Positions 11,971 through 24,484 of a stretch of DNA of 64,000 nt are shown in pieces. This DNA comes from Pocillopora damicornis (Eukaryota), in NCBI RefSeq assembly GCF_003704095.1, contig NW_020846360.1, positions 62,001 to 126,000 of the forward strand, given 5' to 3'. The notes under the pieces were generated by a model. That model did not search any database, had not been told where the DNA came from, and saw only the letters and a list, made by a program, of their open reading frames with translations. Numbering within the stretch: the first letter of the stretch is position 1; every line of letters begins with the position of its first letter. The position numbers were made by a program, and so were the translations under genes.

Positions 11971-14900
11971 ATTTAATTCACAATTGAGACTTCTGATTCA
12001 AAGGAGGTGGGCAATGATTCCTTTTCTTAGTTTCACATGAGAAAAACAAATAGATTTAATTCCCTCACTTTTAAAAAAGAAAACTCAACAAACATCACAG
12101 TTTCACTCGATCAGAGAATAAATTTAACATAAGTACAAATGGAGGAGAAACCTGAGCTTAATGGATAATTAGACTTATTATTTTTCATCCATGTATTTGT
12201 GCCTTTTAAAATAATGTTTACCAACCCCACTCCTAGGTCCAAATTATTCTGTCACATGAGCATGACAACTTGTACCCCAATTCTACAAATTAGGTTATAC
12301 AAGCCCTCACTTAATTCCTGCAAGGGCTTCTTTAGGATAATATTTTGTGGATTTTTGTTTACTATAGGCTAGTTAAGAGGCACAGGTTAGCATTTGTAGC
12401 AAAGTAAACAAGGGGCTGAAACTTAAGATGTGTATGTGAGAGACCACCAAAGTTTTTAATTGTACACTGTTACTTGCACTAGTGCATAATCCTACAATAC
12501 AGAATGAAGGCAGAATATCTCTGCAGAAACAAACTTCAAATGATAAAAGATAATGTAATTTGCCAAAGTTGGATATCTCTATGTTATTTGACTCTGAAAA
12601 GGGTCTCCTATTCGATATTAACTTATTTTGAGGGCAGGAATGCTCCTTTACTTATTGATCACACAATCATCTTATTGCATGATTTTATGCCATCTGTGTG
12701 TTCTTTGGAGGAGTTTCCTGCATTGCCAGAAAATATTTGCCTAAGCTAAACTTTGCATCAATTTAACTAACATATGTAGTTAAATTGAATCCTGATAAAT
12801 GGCACATGGTGAAAAAGAGGTTATCTTCACTGACATTTTTTTGTAACTGAAGAGAGCACTTTGTTTTTCATGTGGCTATAACCAACAAAGCAACCAATTC
12901 CTACACAACTTACAATTTACAGAAGAGGAGCAATGTGTGAAAGAGCACACACTGGTTAGATTTCTCTGTATGGAATATCTTTGGAACAAAAGGCATGAAC
13001 CAATCCATTGATTCCAGAGGGTAAAAGGGAATGTTTGCTTTTATCAAAAATGAAATCATATTTGAGGAAAAACAATAGAAAGCAATTCCTGTCTTACTAG
13101 GGGCTACTTACGTACAAAAATTGAGACAATTTGAACTTTTAAGCCTTGCAACAAAAGTTGATTTTTGCAGATGTCCTCTTAATAGCTCCATTATACTTCA
13201 GACTAATGTATGTATGTTCAGAAAGTTTGTAAAATCTGTATAAAGCACAAATGAAGTCATTTTTTGGGACCAAGTTATTTCAGCCAACCAGAAACACTCA
13301 AGATCTGCTCGATTTAATTTCTTATTTATGAGCTGTTCAAGTTGAGAACACCTACTCACCATGGTGAGATTTTGACTCCTGTGAGTTAATCAATATGGAG
13401 TCTCAGATTCATTAGTCAGGTATATAAATAATAAGCATTTTCATAGAATTTACGGGCCATTCCCGAACTATTTTAAAATGCTATCAGAAAACATGACTTA
13501 AAACAGCTGATCAATGATACTGGTAAGCTTAAAATATGCCTCCAAACATTCTAGAATGTGTATTACATTTTTTTTAAGTTCAAATCTTTACAGATTTAAG
13601 GGTAACTTTGTAAATAGGTAGTATTGGTGTTTAGATATATCTCATGAGATTCTGTTGAATATCTGTTTTGAGGTAGAAGTGCATTTATGAAAAGTTTGAG
13701 TTTTGAGACAAGAATGAGTGTTTGTCTTCAATCAACACCACACCACCAACCTCTCTTGTTTTCCATTAATCCCAATTTTCAAGCCTCCCACAACTTTTGT
13801 CCCTGAGAATAATATTGATGCCAATACTAAACCTTACCCAAAAGTGCTTGGGTTGTCACACCTGGTCACATTTGCCACAAGATAGAGAAGAGGAAGGCAT
13901 CTTTTCATTTCAGTTGAATATAAAATCAAACTTGAAAATTTTTCATTTGTTGTTTGAAAGGCAGCCTGGCAATAAGGAGGAGAGTTCCACAATATCTCTC
14001 TTCCATTGAGAATGAAAGATCTTGGATGAAAGCCTAAGTCTATTTTCATTATATATTTAATTATAAGTATTATTATCATTATTCCTACTATCTTTCCTAT
14101 CATTAATTTTTTTAATATGATCAGACATTTGGACCATTGGTTCAGTGTTTTCTCAAAAGTGTTTTGTCAAAGGAAGACAGAGCAGGACACAGAGGGTAGA
14201 CATTTTTCAGTTTGTAGTTTACCTTAATGGATATCAAACAGTGTTTTGTGCGTTTGAAGTTTTTAAATTCTGGGATGGAGGATCAGTTTCAGTCTCCTTG
14301 CAATAAACGAATGAAGAGGAAATGCCTAGGCTAAGCTGCTTTTGCACCCAAACATAAAGTGGCACAGTCAGGTCAATAAATAATCTGTAAAACACTTACA
14401 TACAGGGGATGACCTTTGCATAATTTATATGACATTATTAACACATATAAAGGGGGTAAGTTTCCAAAAAACCTATGGTGCTGCATCAGTGGAAGAGTAC
14501 GAGGTAATTTGGTATTATCAGTTGAGTTTCAAAGCTGACATTTTGAGTGTTAGCCCTTTGTCAGAACTATATGAATAAAGGGTTACAAGCAATTTTTTTT
14601 GTTAGAAAAATGTACCTTTCATACATTACTGTTAACCAGTTATGCTATTCTTTTGAAGTTTGCATACAGGTTGGAAAAAATTTGGAGCTAAATCTAGACT
14701 TGCACAACAAACTAGGTAACTATTTTCCCAATAAAATCAGAAAAGCAGCAACTGGATACCTTTTACAGGATATAATGAACTGTTGATACATGAAACCAAC
14801 AAAATAATGCATGCATCTTAGTGCCAACAGCTTTCATACCCTACAACATGGGGATAATGGAAATCAAACTTTCATTTTTGTATTCCCTTTTCCTATCACA

Positions 14901-15749
14901 TCGAAAAACAGAATTTGAACTTCCATTCTGTTTACTGCTTTTTTGAGTTTGAAAAATGGAATTCAAATTTCTATTTGTTTTTAGTAAGACATGGTAAAAC
15001 AGAACTTGAGCTTTGCTTTTTGATATTTTTGCCATTTCTGCATCTCACCTGAATGTGACTTCCTATCACATGACAGAGCGGAGAAACCTGGGCTTGTGTA
15101 TTTTACCCTGAAGAAAAACAAAAAAAAAACAAGCTTTAAAATACCATTAAGCAGAAATTGTCACAGTTTTTAGATTCCAGTGGATGGCCTTTATGTTCTG
15201 GAGGAAATTAGCATTTTGACCAATTGGCCCAACAGAGGCAAAGGATTTGATTTGTCAGCTTTCACAAGAGAGTCATGTTTACAGGTGAAAGGGAAAAAAT
15301 CATGTGGTTTTCGGGGCTTTATGAAGGCCACTTCCAATCACAGTGCAACTTCTAGGAGCTGTTTTTTTCTATGTTATTCAGGAAAGTTCATTTGGGAGTA
15401 GAAGAGGAAGTGCAAGTCCTTAAGATGACGTTTTACCTGTACCTTTGAATTTTGTTGGCTGTTTGTGTATCTTGTAGTTGCATTCTTGTGGTGACAGTGG
15501 GTTCTTGGTTGTCCCCTTTCCTTAAAAGAAAAGCCTTAGTTTTTTCAAACAGGCATCCCAACACTTACTGACTATACTGATTTTCTCAACAAACATCAAA
15601 CACAGCTCCAAACTTCAAGATACCACTTCATAAAAACCACGACTAAAAGTGAAGTGCGCCTTGGAGTTGGAGTTTGGGTCAATAATCTTAGCAATCGTTT
15701 GACTTCTACCATTCTTGAAACTTCACTTTTTGCCTTTTCTAAACATCAA

Positions 15750-16266
15750 AATTTAAATTGAAGCAATGGTTTAAGCACCAGTCTTTACTACAAACCTACA
15801 GATTCACATAGTTACCTAGCTGTTGTATTCATATTCCCATTCATCACAAGTCAAGAATTCCATACCTTTTTCAGTATCTCAGACTTTGTCCTTTATGTAG
15901 TGATGACTCTGATTTTTCCAAAAAATCATATGCAATGTGCCAGTTTTTCAATAAACGTGGCTATCCTGTTTCTATCGTTTAAGTGGGCCATCATTGTATC
16001 CAACAAATTGATAGACAGTCAGCACTACAAATGGCTGAGAAGGAAAACACTGTTCACATTCCATTCACTCCCAAATTTCACACTCACAACCACACAGTAA
16101 AATCTATAATATTTTAAAACTTTAAATTACTTTAAACAATTCAAAGGCTAGGACTATCTTTTCACAACCTTCAATAATTTGATTCAAACGTGACAAAAGC
16201 ATTGGCAATTTTTGATGGGAAGTTCATTTCAAACCAACAAACCACCTGGAACTTTCAAATGTGCTA
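15750..16266 (+). mobile_element. Penelope-like element fragment (RT thumb/linker, broken before GIY-YIG)
   Basis: Frameshifted TSLYYKPTDSHSYL..SH.SQVKNSIP.SQYLRL..LCSDDSDF..CQFFNKRGYP..IPF..FH.HNH.VKSII..IFSQP..FKRDK.IGNFL..PGTFKC. Confidence 0.8.
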
Positions 16267-16267
16267 T

Positions 16268-16845
16268 CATGCTAGTGAGCTGTTCTCTTTTCAACACTTG
16301 AATTAATTACAGGGAATTTGAAGTGAAGTGGAGAAATCACTGCAAGGCACTGCAACTGTAAGGAGAATTTCAGAAGGTAATTATTCACTCTACAGCTTTA
16401 TCCAAGCTCTTCATGGTAATTGAAGAATGTAGGAGTGAAAGTTGAATTAAATACTGCAAAAGGAGTTTTGGAAATCCAAAATCCTCAAAATAAGCATATC
16501 CTTACTGACAACGATCTGTTTAATCTTCTCACAATTAAATGATGTTTGCAAACCATCAACTTCATCAAAAAGGTTTACATCATTTTCCAACTACCTTGTC
16601 CACTGTGATCTTTTGGACGAGAGTGAAAACATATTCAGTGGAGAGCCAGGAAGCATTGTTGAATGCTTCCACTTGTTGGACAGCCCTTCGACAGGATGAA
16701 CTATCATTCTGAAATCCCAACCCAACAAAAAATATCACCAAGGAATTACATCCCCTCTATGAAAATTTTTGTGACTGATGAGAATAATGAGTTTATCAAT
16801 TTAAATAGCCTTTCTTTGAAGGTTTGAACTGGAAATATATTTTAA
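16268..16845 (+). pseudogene. Penton-like gene, copy 2, 5'-truncated
   Basis: Alignable by eye to 4895-5404, including the identical stretch AAGGAGTTTTGGAAATCCAAAATCCTCAAAATAAGCATATCCTT. Ends ..MKIFVTDENNEFINLNSLSL..ELEI. Confidence 0.6.
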
Positions 16846-16849
16846 AAAA

Positions 16850-19800
16850 TGATTACTTCTTGCCATGGCCACAAAGCAGTCCAAGCAGTTGATTCTTTTA
16901 AGACTAATTTACAAAATAATTTTTATTTCTCTCACTCAAAATTTTTTCTGAGGCCAGCAAGGATGTTAAAGGTTTTGGACCAATTTATTCAAATGGCTAA
17001 ACCTGGAGTCTTGAGGCTAACAAGAGAGAGAATCATAGGAGAAGAGTCGCGATTTTTTTAATAGTGAGATGGTTAGAAAAAAAATTTTCAAATAGAATGT
17101 TGAACTTCTGAATCCTTATTTCCAAAGCTACATAATCAAAAATCTTGAAGCAACAGATGAATCTGAAGAATTTGACAGTTCAATGGATACTATTCAAGAA
17201 GGATTTCAGAATTTTAATCAAATAGGAGGCAACTGGAGATTTCAGAGTAATACCTCATGACATCTTACAGAATACAGAATGTTAAATGGCAGCTCTTACA
17301 TCAAACTCCCAGAATTCATTGCAAAAAAGGAAGGCAGTTGTGAACATTAAAAATGCAGATAATCAGTGTTTCAAGAGGTGCATAACAAAAGCACTTAATC
17401 CTGTTGACAAAGACCCTCAAAGGATTACAAAACTCCATAGAGCACAATCTGAGCAGCTTTATTGGAGCAATATCAACTTCATTATGAAGCTGACTGATAT
17501 AAGCAAGTTTGAAAAGAATGAAAATATTGCACTAAACATGCTTGGCTATAAATGTGATTTTTATCCTTGGAGGATCAGCAAAGAGAAAAATAGGACACAT
17601 ATCAATCTTCTTCTCATATCAGATGAACACTACTGCCTGATAAACAATATGAGCAGGCTGCTATCAAGTCAAACCTCCAAGGATGAGAAAGCAAGGGTAT
17701 TGTCTCGGGTGTTTGAACTACTTCTCAAGCAAAGAAAAGCTTGCACTCCATAAAAAGTATAGCTTAAGAAATGTGGTAGTCAGGATCAAGATGCCAGATG
17801 AAGGTGGTGTGATCAAATTCAAGAATCATAACCACTCATTAAGGGTATCCCTTGTGGTAAACCAATAAGTGGCTGTGAGCGAAGGAGTGATAAGAGTTTC
17901 ACAAATAAATAATAGAAGCATATCATTTGTGATGACAATAAGCTTTATTCACAAGAGCCAATCATCTCTAGGGCAAACAGCAAGGATGAAGAAGATGTTG
18001 CTCAGATATTTGTTGAAATGCTTGAAGACAATATCAAGAGGATTCATAGGGAATTTGACCCAACTCACTGCTGGATCTGCAAGGGTTCACTTAATGATAT
18101 GGTGAGAGACCATGGCCATTTCACAGGGAAGTATAGAGGAGCACCTCACTACATATGCAACCTTCAATTCAAGAAGGCAAAGTTTACTCCTCTCATCTCT
18201 CAACTTGGCTGGTTACGACTATCATCTTTTTGTTAACAATTTTAGTAAGACTGAAGGAAACATAAAATGCATTCCCAATAAAATGAGGAAAATTACATCA
18301 GCCTCAGCAAAGATGTCATTGTTGACTCTTTCATCAACAAAGGTAAAGAAGTTGACATCAAGAATGAGTTTCACTTTAATTAAAGCTTCGAGTCCATGGC
18401 TTCTTTTCTCAAAAGGAACTGAAAAGGTCTTCATGGACAAAATCAAGTTGGTCTCAAGAAAGGGTGTGTACCCTTATGACTACACGGATAGTATCACTAA
18501 GTTTGATGTAACAGAACTACCACCAAAAGATAAGTTTTACTCAAAGCTGAATGACTGTGATATATCTAATGAAGATTATGAGCACACACAGAATCTCTGG
18601 AATTAGTTCAAAATGAAGTGGATAGGTGATTATCATGACCATTATCTCAAATGGAGGTTCTCCTACTTGTAGATGTGTTTGAAGAGTTCAGAAATGTCTG
18701 TCTTGCAAATTATATGCCTGCATGGTATTACACTGCTCCTGGATTGGCTTAGGATGCTGTACTGAAGGTGACAAATGTTGAGCTGAGCTATTGAGAGATC
18801 CAGACATGCTGCTGATTATTGAAAAAGGAATTCGTGGAGGAATTTCAACAATCTCAAATCGCTTTCCAAAGGCAAACAAAAAATATATGGATGAAGCCTA
18901 TAATAAAACAAAGCCAAAGAAATACATCAACTATCTTGATGCAAACAATCTCTATGGATGGGCGATGTGTAAGCCTCTTCCTGTTAGTGGTTTCAAGTGG
19001 ATGAGTGACTTTGACAACTGGAAAATTATTCCTTGCATTATTGAGGTAGATCTTGAGTATCCAAAAGAGCTTCATGACTTGCATAATGACTATCCACTTG
19101 CTCCTGAGAGGCTTATGATCAATAAAGTCGAGAACCTGATTACTAATGATAAGGAGAAGTATGTCATTCATCACAAGAACCTCACAGAGTATTTAGACCT
19201 TGGTTTGGGGATCAAAAAGATTCATAGGGGAATAACCTTCAAAGAAGAACCTTGGCTGGAGAAATACATTAAGCATGAAATGCAAAGAATGAATTTGGAA
19301 AGAGTTTTTTAAGTTGATGAACGTGGTCCTAAAAAAAAACTATGAAAAACATCAGGAATTGTGTGGATCTGAGATTAGTCAAAAACCACGGGAAAGCATT
19401 GAAACTTGCAGCAACATCAAAATTCAAGCAATTGACCATATTCGATGAAAATCTCATTGCAATCCATATGGAGCAAACTAAGCTGGGTTTGATAAACTGG
19501 TATGTTGTGGAATGAGTATCCTTGATATCAGTAAGACCCTGATGGACGACTTCCACTATAACTACATCAAAGAGAAGTATAGAGATTGTTCAACAGAAGT
19601 AATTACCCTGAAGATCACCAGTCAGGGATCACAACTGGCGGCAACAAGGTCACAGGAATGATGAAAGATGAAGCTGGTGGAAATATCATTGAAGAGTTTG
19701 TTGGATTTAGTGCAAAACTCTACAACTACAAGATACTTGAGGGAAAAGAGGAAATAAGATTAAAGGAATTAAGGCTGTAATTAAGAATATAGCCCACAAC

Positions 19801-19970
19801 AACTATGAGTGCTTGTTCAGTGGAAACATGCAAATGAGCAAAATGAATGTAATCAGAACAAATAAGCATGAGGTCTTCACTGAGACCATCAGCAAGATAG
19901 CTTTGAACACTAATGATGACAAGAAAATAATAAGAGAGATAAGATACATATACTTATCTTGACTCCACTT
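16850..19970 (+). pseudogene. Protein-primed family B DNA polymerase (pPolB) with endonuclease VII/HNH-like insert
   Basis: Motifs LNGSSYIKLP..AVVNIKNADNQCF, HCWICK..VRDHGHFTGKYRGAPHYICNL, RKGVYPYDY, EKGIRGGIS, YLDANNLYGWAM, EVDLEYP..LHDLHNDYPLAPE and GMMKDE..EEFVG.SAKLY. Frameshifted; the DTDS catalytic motif is missing near 19585. Confidence 0.92.
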
Positions 19971-20387
19971 CAGAACCAGATTGTTGACTGGCTCAAGATT
20001 ATCAGTTATGTGTAGGTATACAACAGAAGAGTGAGAGAAGAAAAGGAAAAAGGTGGTTTGAAGCAATCCAAAGGATTATAACCAGAACCAAAACGAGAAC
20101 CATCATCATCATTCTCACTCTCTCAAATTCTTTCAGCAGCAATCTGAAAGTCCTCTTTCATGATCACTGCATCAATTGCAACAAAAAGATATCTTAAAGA
20201 AAAAAAGATTTTACCATCTTAAAAACGTTCAGCAAATTTACAATCACTGCATTTAAGTTAGCAGCAGTCTACCCAATCATTGAGACTGCTCGAATATTCT
20301 AGATTAACAAGACAAGAAATTCAACAAGAGTTTCATGATGAATACTTGTTATTGATTTTCAAAAAAATAATGTTGAAGATGAATAAA

Positions 20388-20800
20388 ATGGCCAGCAAAG
20401 CAATAATAACTGGAGTGATCATTAATGCAACTGCATTTGTTGGTGGAAGCTATCTTGCAAAGTATTTGAGTGGAGACCAGAATAGGGTTGAAGAGAAGAA
20501 GAGACAAGATCTTGCAGTGGAGAACTACCAGGCAGCCTATGAAAAGCATCAAGAAATTGAACAAAACTCCTTGATTGGATTGCAACTAATGACAGAGTCA
20601 AGGAGCAGGTGAAACAGAATTTGTTGGACACAGATTATACTTTGAAGTTGTACAACAAGGTGCATAATCAAGAGCTTGATCTGGGGAAACCACAACTTTC
20701 CAACATCTACAAGCTGAGTTGTAGGCAAAAGTAAGATGAAATGATCTACATTGTTGCTGATGCCTCAACTAAAGGATTAGCTGCCAGTCGTTTCTTGTGA
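20388..20800 (+). pseudogene. Small Polinton-associated protein with hydrophobic N- and C-termini and a coiled-coil middle
   Basis: MASKAIITGVIINATAFVGGSYLAKYLSGDQNRVEEKKRQDLAVENYQAAYEK, then after a frameshift NRTKLLDWIATND..QNLLDTDYTLKLYNK..GLAASRFL*. Confidence 0.55.
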
Positions 20801-20809
20801 ACTATAACA

Positions 20810-21722
20810 AGTAGTTGGCATTGGCTAAAGAACCTGGTGTCTGAGGATGATGCAAAGCAGCTTTAGTTGATAAAGAAAGCCATCTGGCAGATTTATTTAT
20901 CTGCCCCAAAGCATATTTCAAGACCAACATTTGATGTGCAATCCAAATCTCCTTCCTAAAGAAATAGCGACTGCAAGGTCACAGAAAGTCTATAAGTATG
21001 CATTGACAGTTGTTGATGTTGCAAGCAGATTCAAGGCTGTTGAACCTCTCACCTCAAAAGATTCTTCTGAGGTCTCAAGAGCTTTTCACACAATCTAGAG
21101 GCAAGGACCATTGACATGGCCAAAAGTTCTTCAGGTTGATTCTGAGCATGAATTCATATTCATGTGATGTCATAAGAGAGATGGCAAAGTACGATTTGAG
21201 GATAAGAAGAGGAAATGTGAATGTTCACAGAGATAAGGAAATTGTGGAGAAATTCAACCAAACTTTGGGTGAGCATCTCTTCACTTTCCAATACAGTCCA
21301 GGAGATGGAGTTCAAATCTTCAGAGGGAGTGGCAGAATAGGCGAAGCGGCTTCCAGAAGTTGATTTAGCTTTGAATAGTGAAGTGATCAGGTTGGCTGGA
21401 AAGAAACTTGTTGATAGAATCAAAGACAAGTTGGTTGAGGCAAAGAGTTCAATGACTTATTCAAGACCAGTTGGCCTGAAGGAAAAGAGACTCGACTCTT
21501 CAAAAAATGTAAGTTATCTCAATGCCCTTGGTGAGCTGGAAGGTGGTCAAAGAAGAGCAACAGATCCTGTGTGGTCTCTGAAAGTCTATGATATGGAGAG
21601 ATTACTCATGAATAAGAATGAGCCTGTTCTCTACTATCTGAAAGATGGACCAAAGCTTGGTTTCATCAGAGAAGAACTTCAGATTGTTCCTCCTAGAACT
21701 GAGCTGCCTCCTGAAGGAACTA
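20810..21722 (+). pseudogene. Retroviral-type (rve/DDE) integrase of the Polinton
   Basis: KKAIWQIYL.APKHI.RPTFDV; YKYALTVVDVASRFKAVEPLTSKDSSEVS; PLTWPKVLQVD..HEF; IVEKFNQTL; RRATDPVWSL..YYLKDGPK.GF.REELQIVP. Confidence 0.85.
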
Positions 21723-22849
21723 AATTTGAAAATACTGTTAGAAAAGAGTTTCTCAATAGACCCAAGAAATCCCTGTGAATTGATTCAAGAAACTGATAAA
21801 GATATGAATAGTAAAAAGATTGTCAATCATGCCAATCCAACTGATAACGAAGATGCAGCAAACAAGATGTTGATGAAACACAACAATCAATTTATTCACC
21901 TTTCCATCAAAATATGCCCTTAGAAATCTCTTTATTGAGACATTGATAAGAGAAAAAGCAATGTGCTGGTATCAAAGACCACATATCAAGCAGTGAAATA
22001 TTTTATTAAAATAAATTTTGCATCACTGCTTTCAATTAATCATGTTTGAACAACCATGCAACTAAAAAAATAAAATTCATGCAGACAAAAATATCAACTT
22101 CAATAAACAATGGAAGACACCTTTCCTTTTTTAATGAAAATAGGCATTTTGATCTTCCTCTATATCAATAATCTCAAAATCTTCAACATCTTCATTTTTA
22201 AGACACAAGAGAAGTTCAAATGGAACAACAATATACACAAGAAATTGCTTGATTGGAAATGGATTCATCCAAAACCTTTTTTTCTTTCTCTTGAAAAAGA
22301 TAGAGAAGTTGTCATTGGTGGAACAATACCAAAATCAGGAGCAGATGTATCATTCACTGTTGTTAGAGCCAGATTGCAAATTTGCATCTATAGGTAAAAG
22401 CAAACCCAACAGAAGAAGGAAAGAGAAAAATTGTTCGCTGTCACTGGAATATTAATTGTAATGGAGATGCTGTAAAGAATCCTTCTTCTTTCTAGTGTTA
22501 TGGGAAAAATCTTCTCAACTTTACTGCAAAAGGAATTAGTTGTAATATTTATGTGTGGGGGAATTTTTCAAAAAAGAGATGATTTTCCTGAAGGTTTAAA
22601 CTCAGACTGTCATACTTTCCTCATTTACATAGACACTCTGAGAGACAGAAGAACAAATCAAGGCACACCATGACTTCTTAATCAGATAAAATGTTGATGC
22701 CAATCAATATTGTATCTTCAATCTGAAGAAAACGTATAAGAGGCCACATGCATGAAATCTTCACACAAACAATGAAAATATTTACACCCTCTTCAGAACT
22801 CATGAGTGAGACATTGCAAAGGTGTGAAATTACTCACCCACAAAAAACT

Positions 22850-23097
22850 TAAGTTGGCCTTAAAATCAAGGTGGATTTCAAAATGTGCAAAAAATTGTTT
22901 TTTAGAAATTGACCTTGATTTCAAGGTTAAATTCATGAGTTGCCTTTGAAATCAAGGTTGATTTAGAAATGTGTAAAACCTGTTTTTTTTAAAATCGAGG
23001 TTGATTTCAAGTCAACCTTGATTTCAGGTCAAATTCATGATTTGCCCTTAAAATCAAGGTAATTTCAAAGTGTCAGAACCAGCTTTTACTAACTACT
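22850..23097. repeat. Polinton right terminal/subterminal repeat array
   Basis: AAATCAAGGT and its reverse complement ACCTTGATTT recur in ~90-100 bp units and end in ACTAACTACT. Confidence 0.75.
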
Positions 23098-24150
23098 CAC
23101 AGTGATTTATGAATATCTTGGCCATGTTGAGTTGTTACATGATTGTCACAATTCTGATCGCGAAGTTGATAACTATAATAAACCAATACAAGCTTCAGTT
23201 TAATTGAGCTTGTAGTATCAATCCAAGGATGAAAATTCACTGACTGTGTAATGATTACACTAGCTTTACAATCAGTTAATGTGCATGCTGCACACAAAGT
23301 TACAGCCTGGTGTGCTGTGTCTGCTTGTGTGTTAGCTTTTGTGTTTGAAGGTTTACATGCTTTGCATGTATGCCTACTCATGCTTCATTGTTCAATGGCA
23401 CATGTTTCATTGTTTGTAGGGTGTTACATTACACAAAAGCATATTAAGTTTATTAACGCATGCTCTAGTGTGCTCAGTAAGTGTGATATACTCAGTTTCT
23501 TTTGTCTTCAAGTGAAAGTGTGTTGTGAGAGTGCTATCCCCTTTGTCCCTAATATCATATGGAAGGTCACATATTTACATTATAAATCCTCAATACCAGA
23601 TCTCATAACTTGAGAACAAATTGACAAAGGTTTTTTTTTTGAAGCTGTCCTCAGTAAAGTTTTTTTATTTTAAGATCCTTAGGAAACTTAAGTGTGCTAT
23701 CTTTAGATTTTAGAGTAGTCTTTTTCTGCATGAAACCCCATGGTTTTCTGAAAGTTTTCCTGGGAAAACAGGAATTGGGAAGGCAAAACAGGTATATAGG
23801 CCTATGACCCCTGGCCTTCAAAAAGTTATGGGCCATTTCTGAATAGAATGGGTCATTGCAGTGATTGGGTGGGCTGCAAGAAGAGACACATGGGTATTTT
23901 TTTACGGAGGTCACTTTTGATAATGTTTATTAGTTCCACAGTACAGTACAGGTCAGAGGTACACACACATGTAAGTTTTTTAAACACAAAAAATGCACGC
24001 AAAAGAGGCTCATTAGTATGTATGAAGCAGTCTTTTGTTTCACCCTTTGTAACTTTAAATGTGTGTTAGATTTATGACATTTCACAATGCTGGCAAGCGA
24101 TTTCAAAGATGAACTATTGCCAAACGCTTTGGTTCAAACCATGTAAAGTC

Positions 24151-24484
24151 TGTTACAGTATAACCTGACCAACAGAAAAACACTACAATCCTGCAAACTC
24201 AACTACTTTAGTACACAATGGGTGATATTCTTAATAAGGAACAACTCCTAAAGGCAGTACAGTACTTGTGCTCAATAAACTTACTTAAGCCCACTACAGT
24301 CTATGTCTACAAAGTGTTCTGGAATACTCCAGAAGCTTGCAAAAGAACTATTTTAGCAGTATTACATAATATCTGCAAGACTTAATGAAATGTTCAAGAA
24401 AGTTCTGTGGTATGCATGTCAGCATGACTAAGCAATCTGGATATTTCTAGAAGCTTATATTTACAACAATAATAACTCAAAACA
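24151..24484 (-). repeat. 3' LTR
   Basis: Direct repeat of 26702-27186 lacking an internal ~150 bp segment; adjacent to the PPT. Confidence 0.9.

Larger units (their letters stand above)
16268..23097 (+). mobile_element. Right-hand part of a decayed Polinton/Maverick (adintovirus-like) endogenous element
   Basis: Co-oriented penton-like gene, pPolB and rve integrase. A subterminal repeat array ends in TTTTACTAACTACT at 23097, matching the AGTAGT...ACTACT termini known for Polintons. Left terminus not found. Confidence 0.85.

Noticed and set aside
22850-23070. CRISPR-like array
   Set aside because: Eukaryotic context, repeats in both orientations, intervening sequence is itself repeated, and no cas genes.
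4809-23097. One continuous Polinton interrupted by the Helitron, L2 and Penelope
   Set aside because: The two penton-like pieces overlap and are diverged, so they are not halves of one gene; no left TIR or TSD was found.
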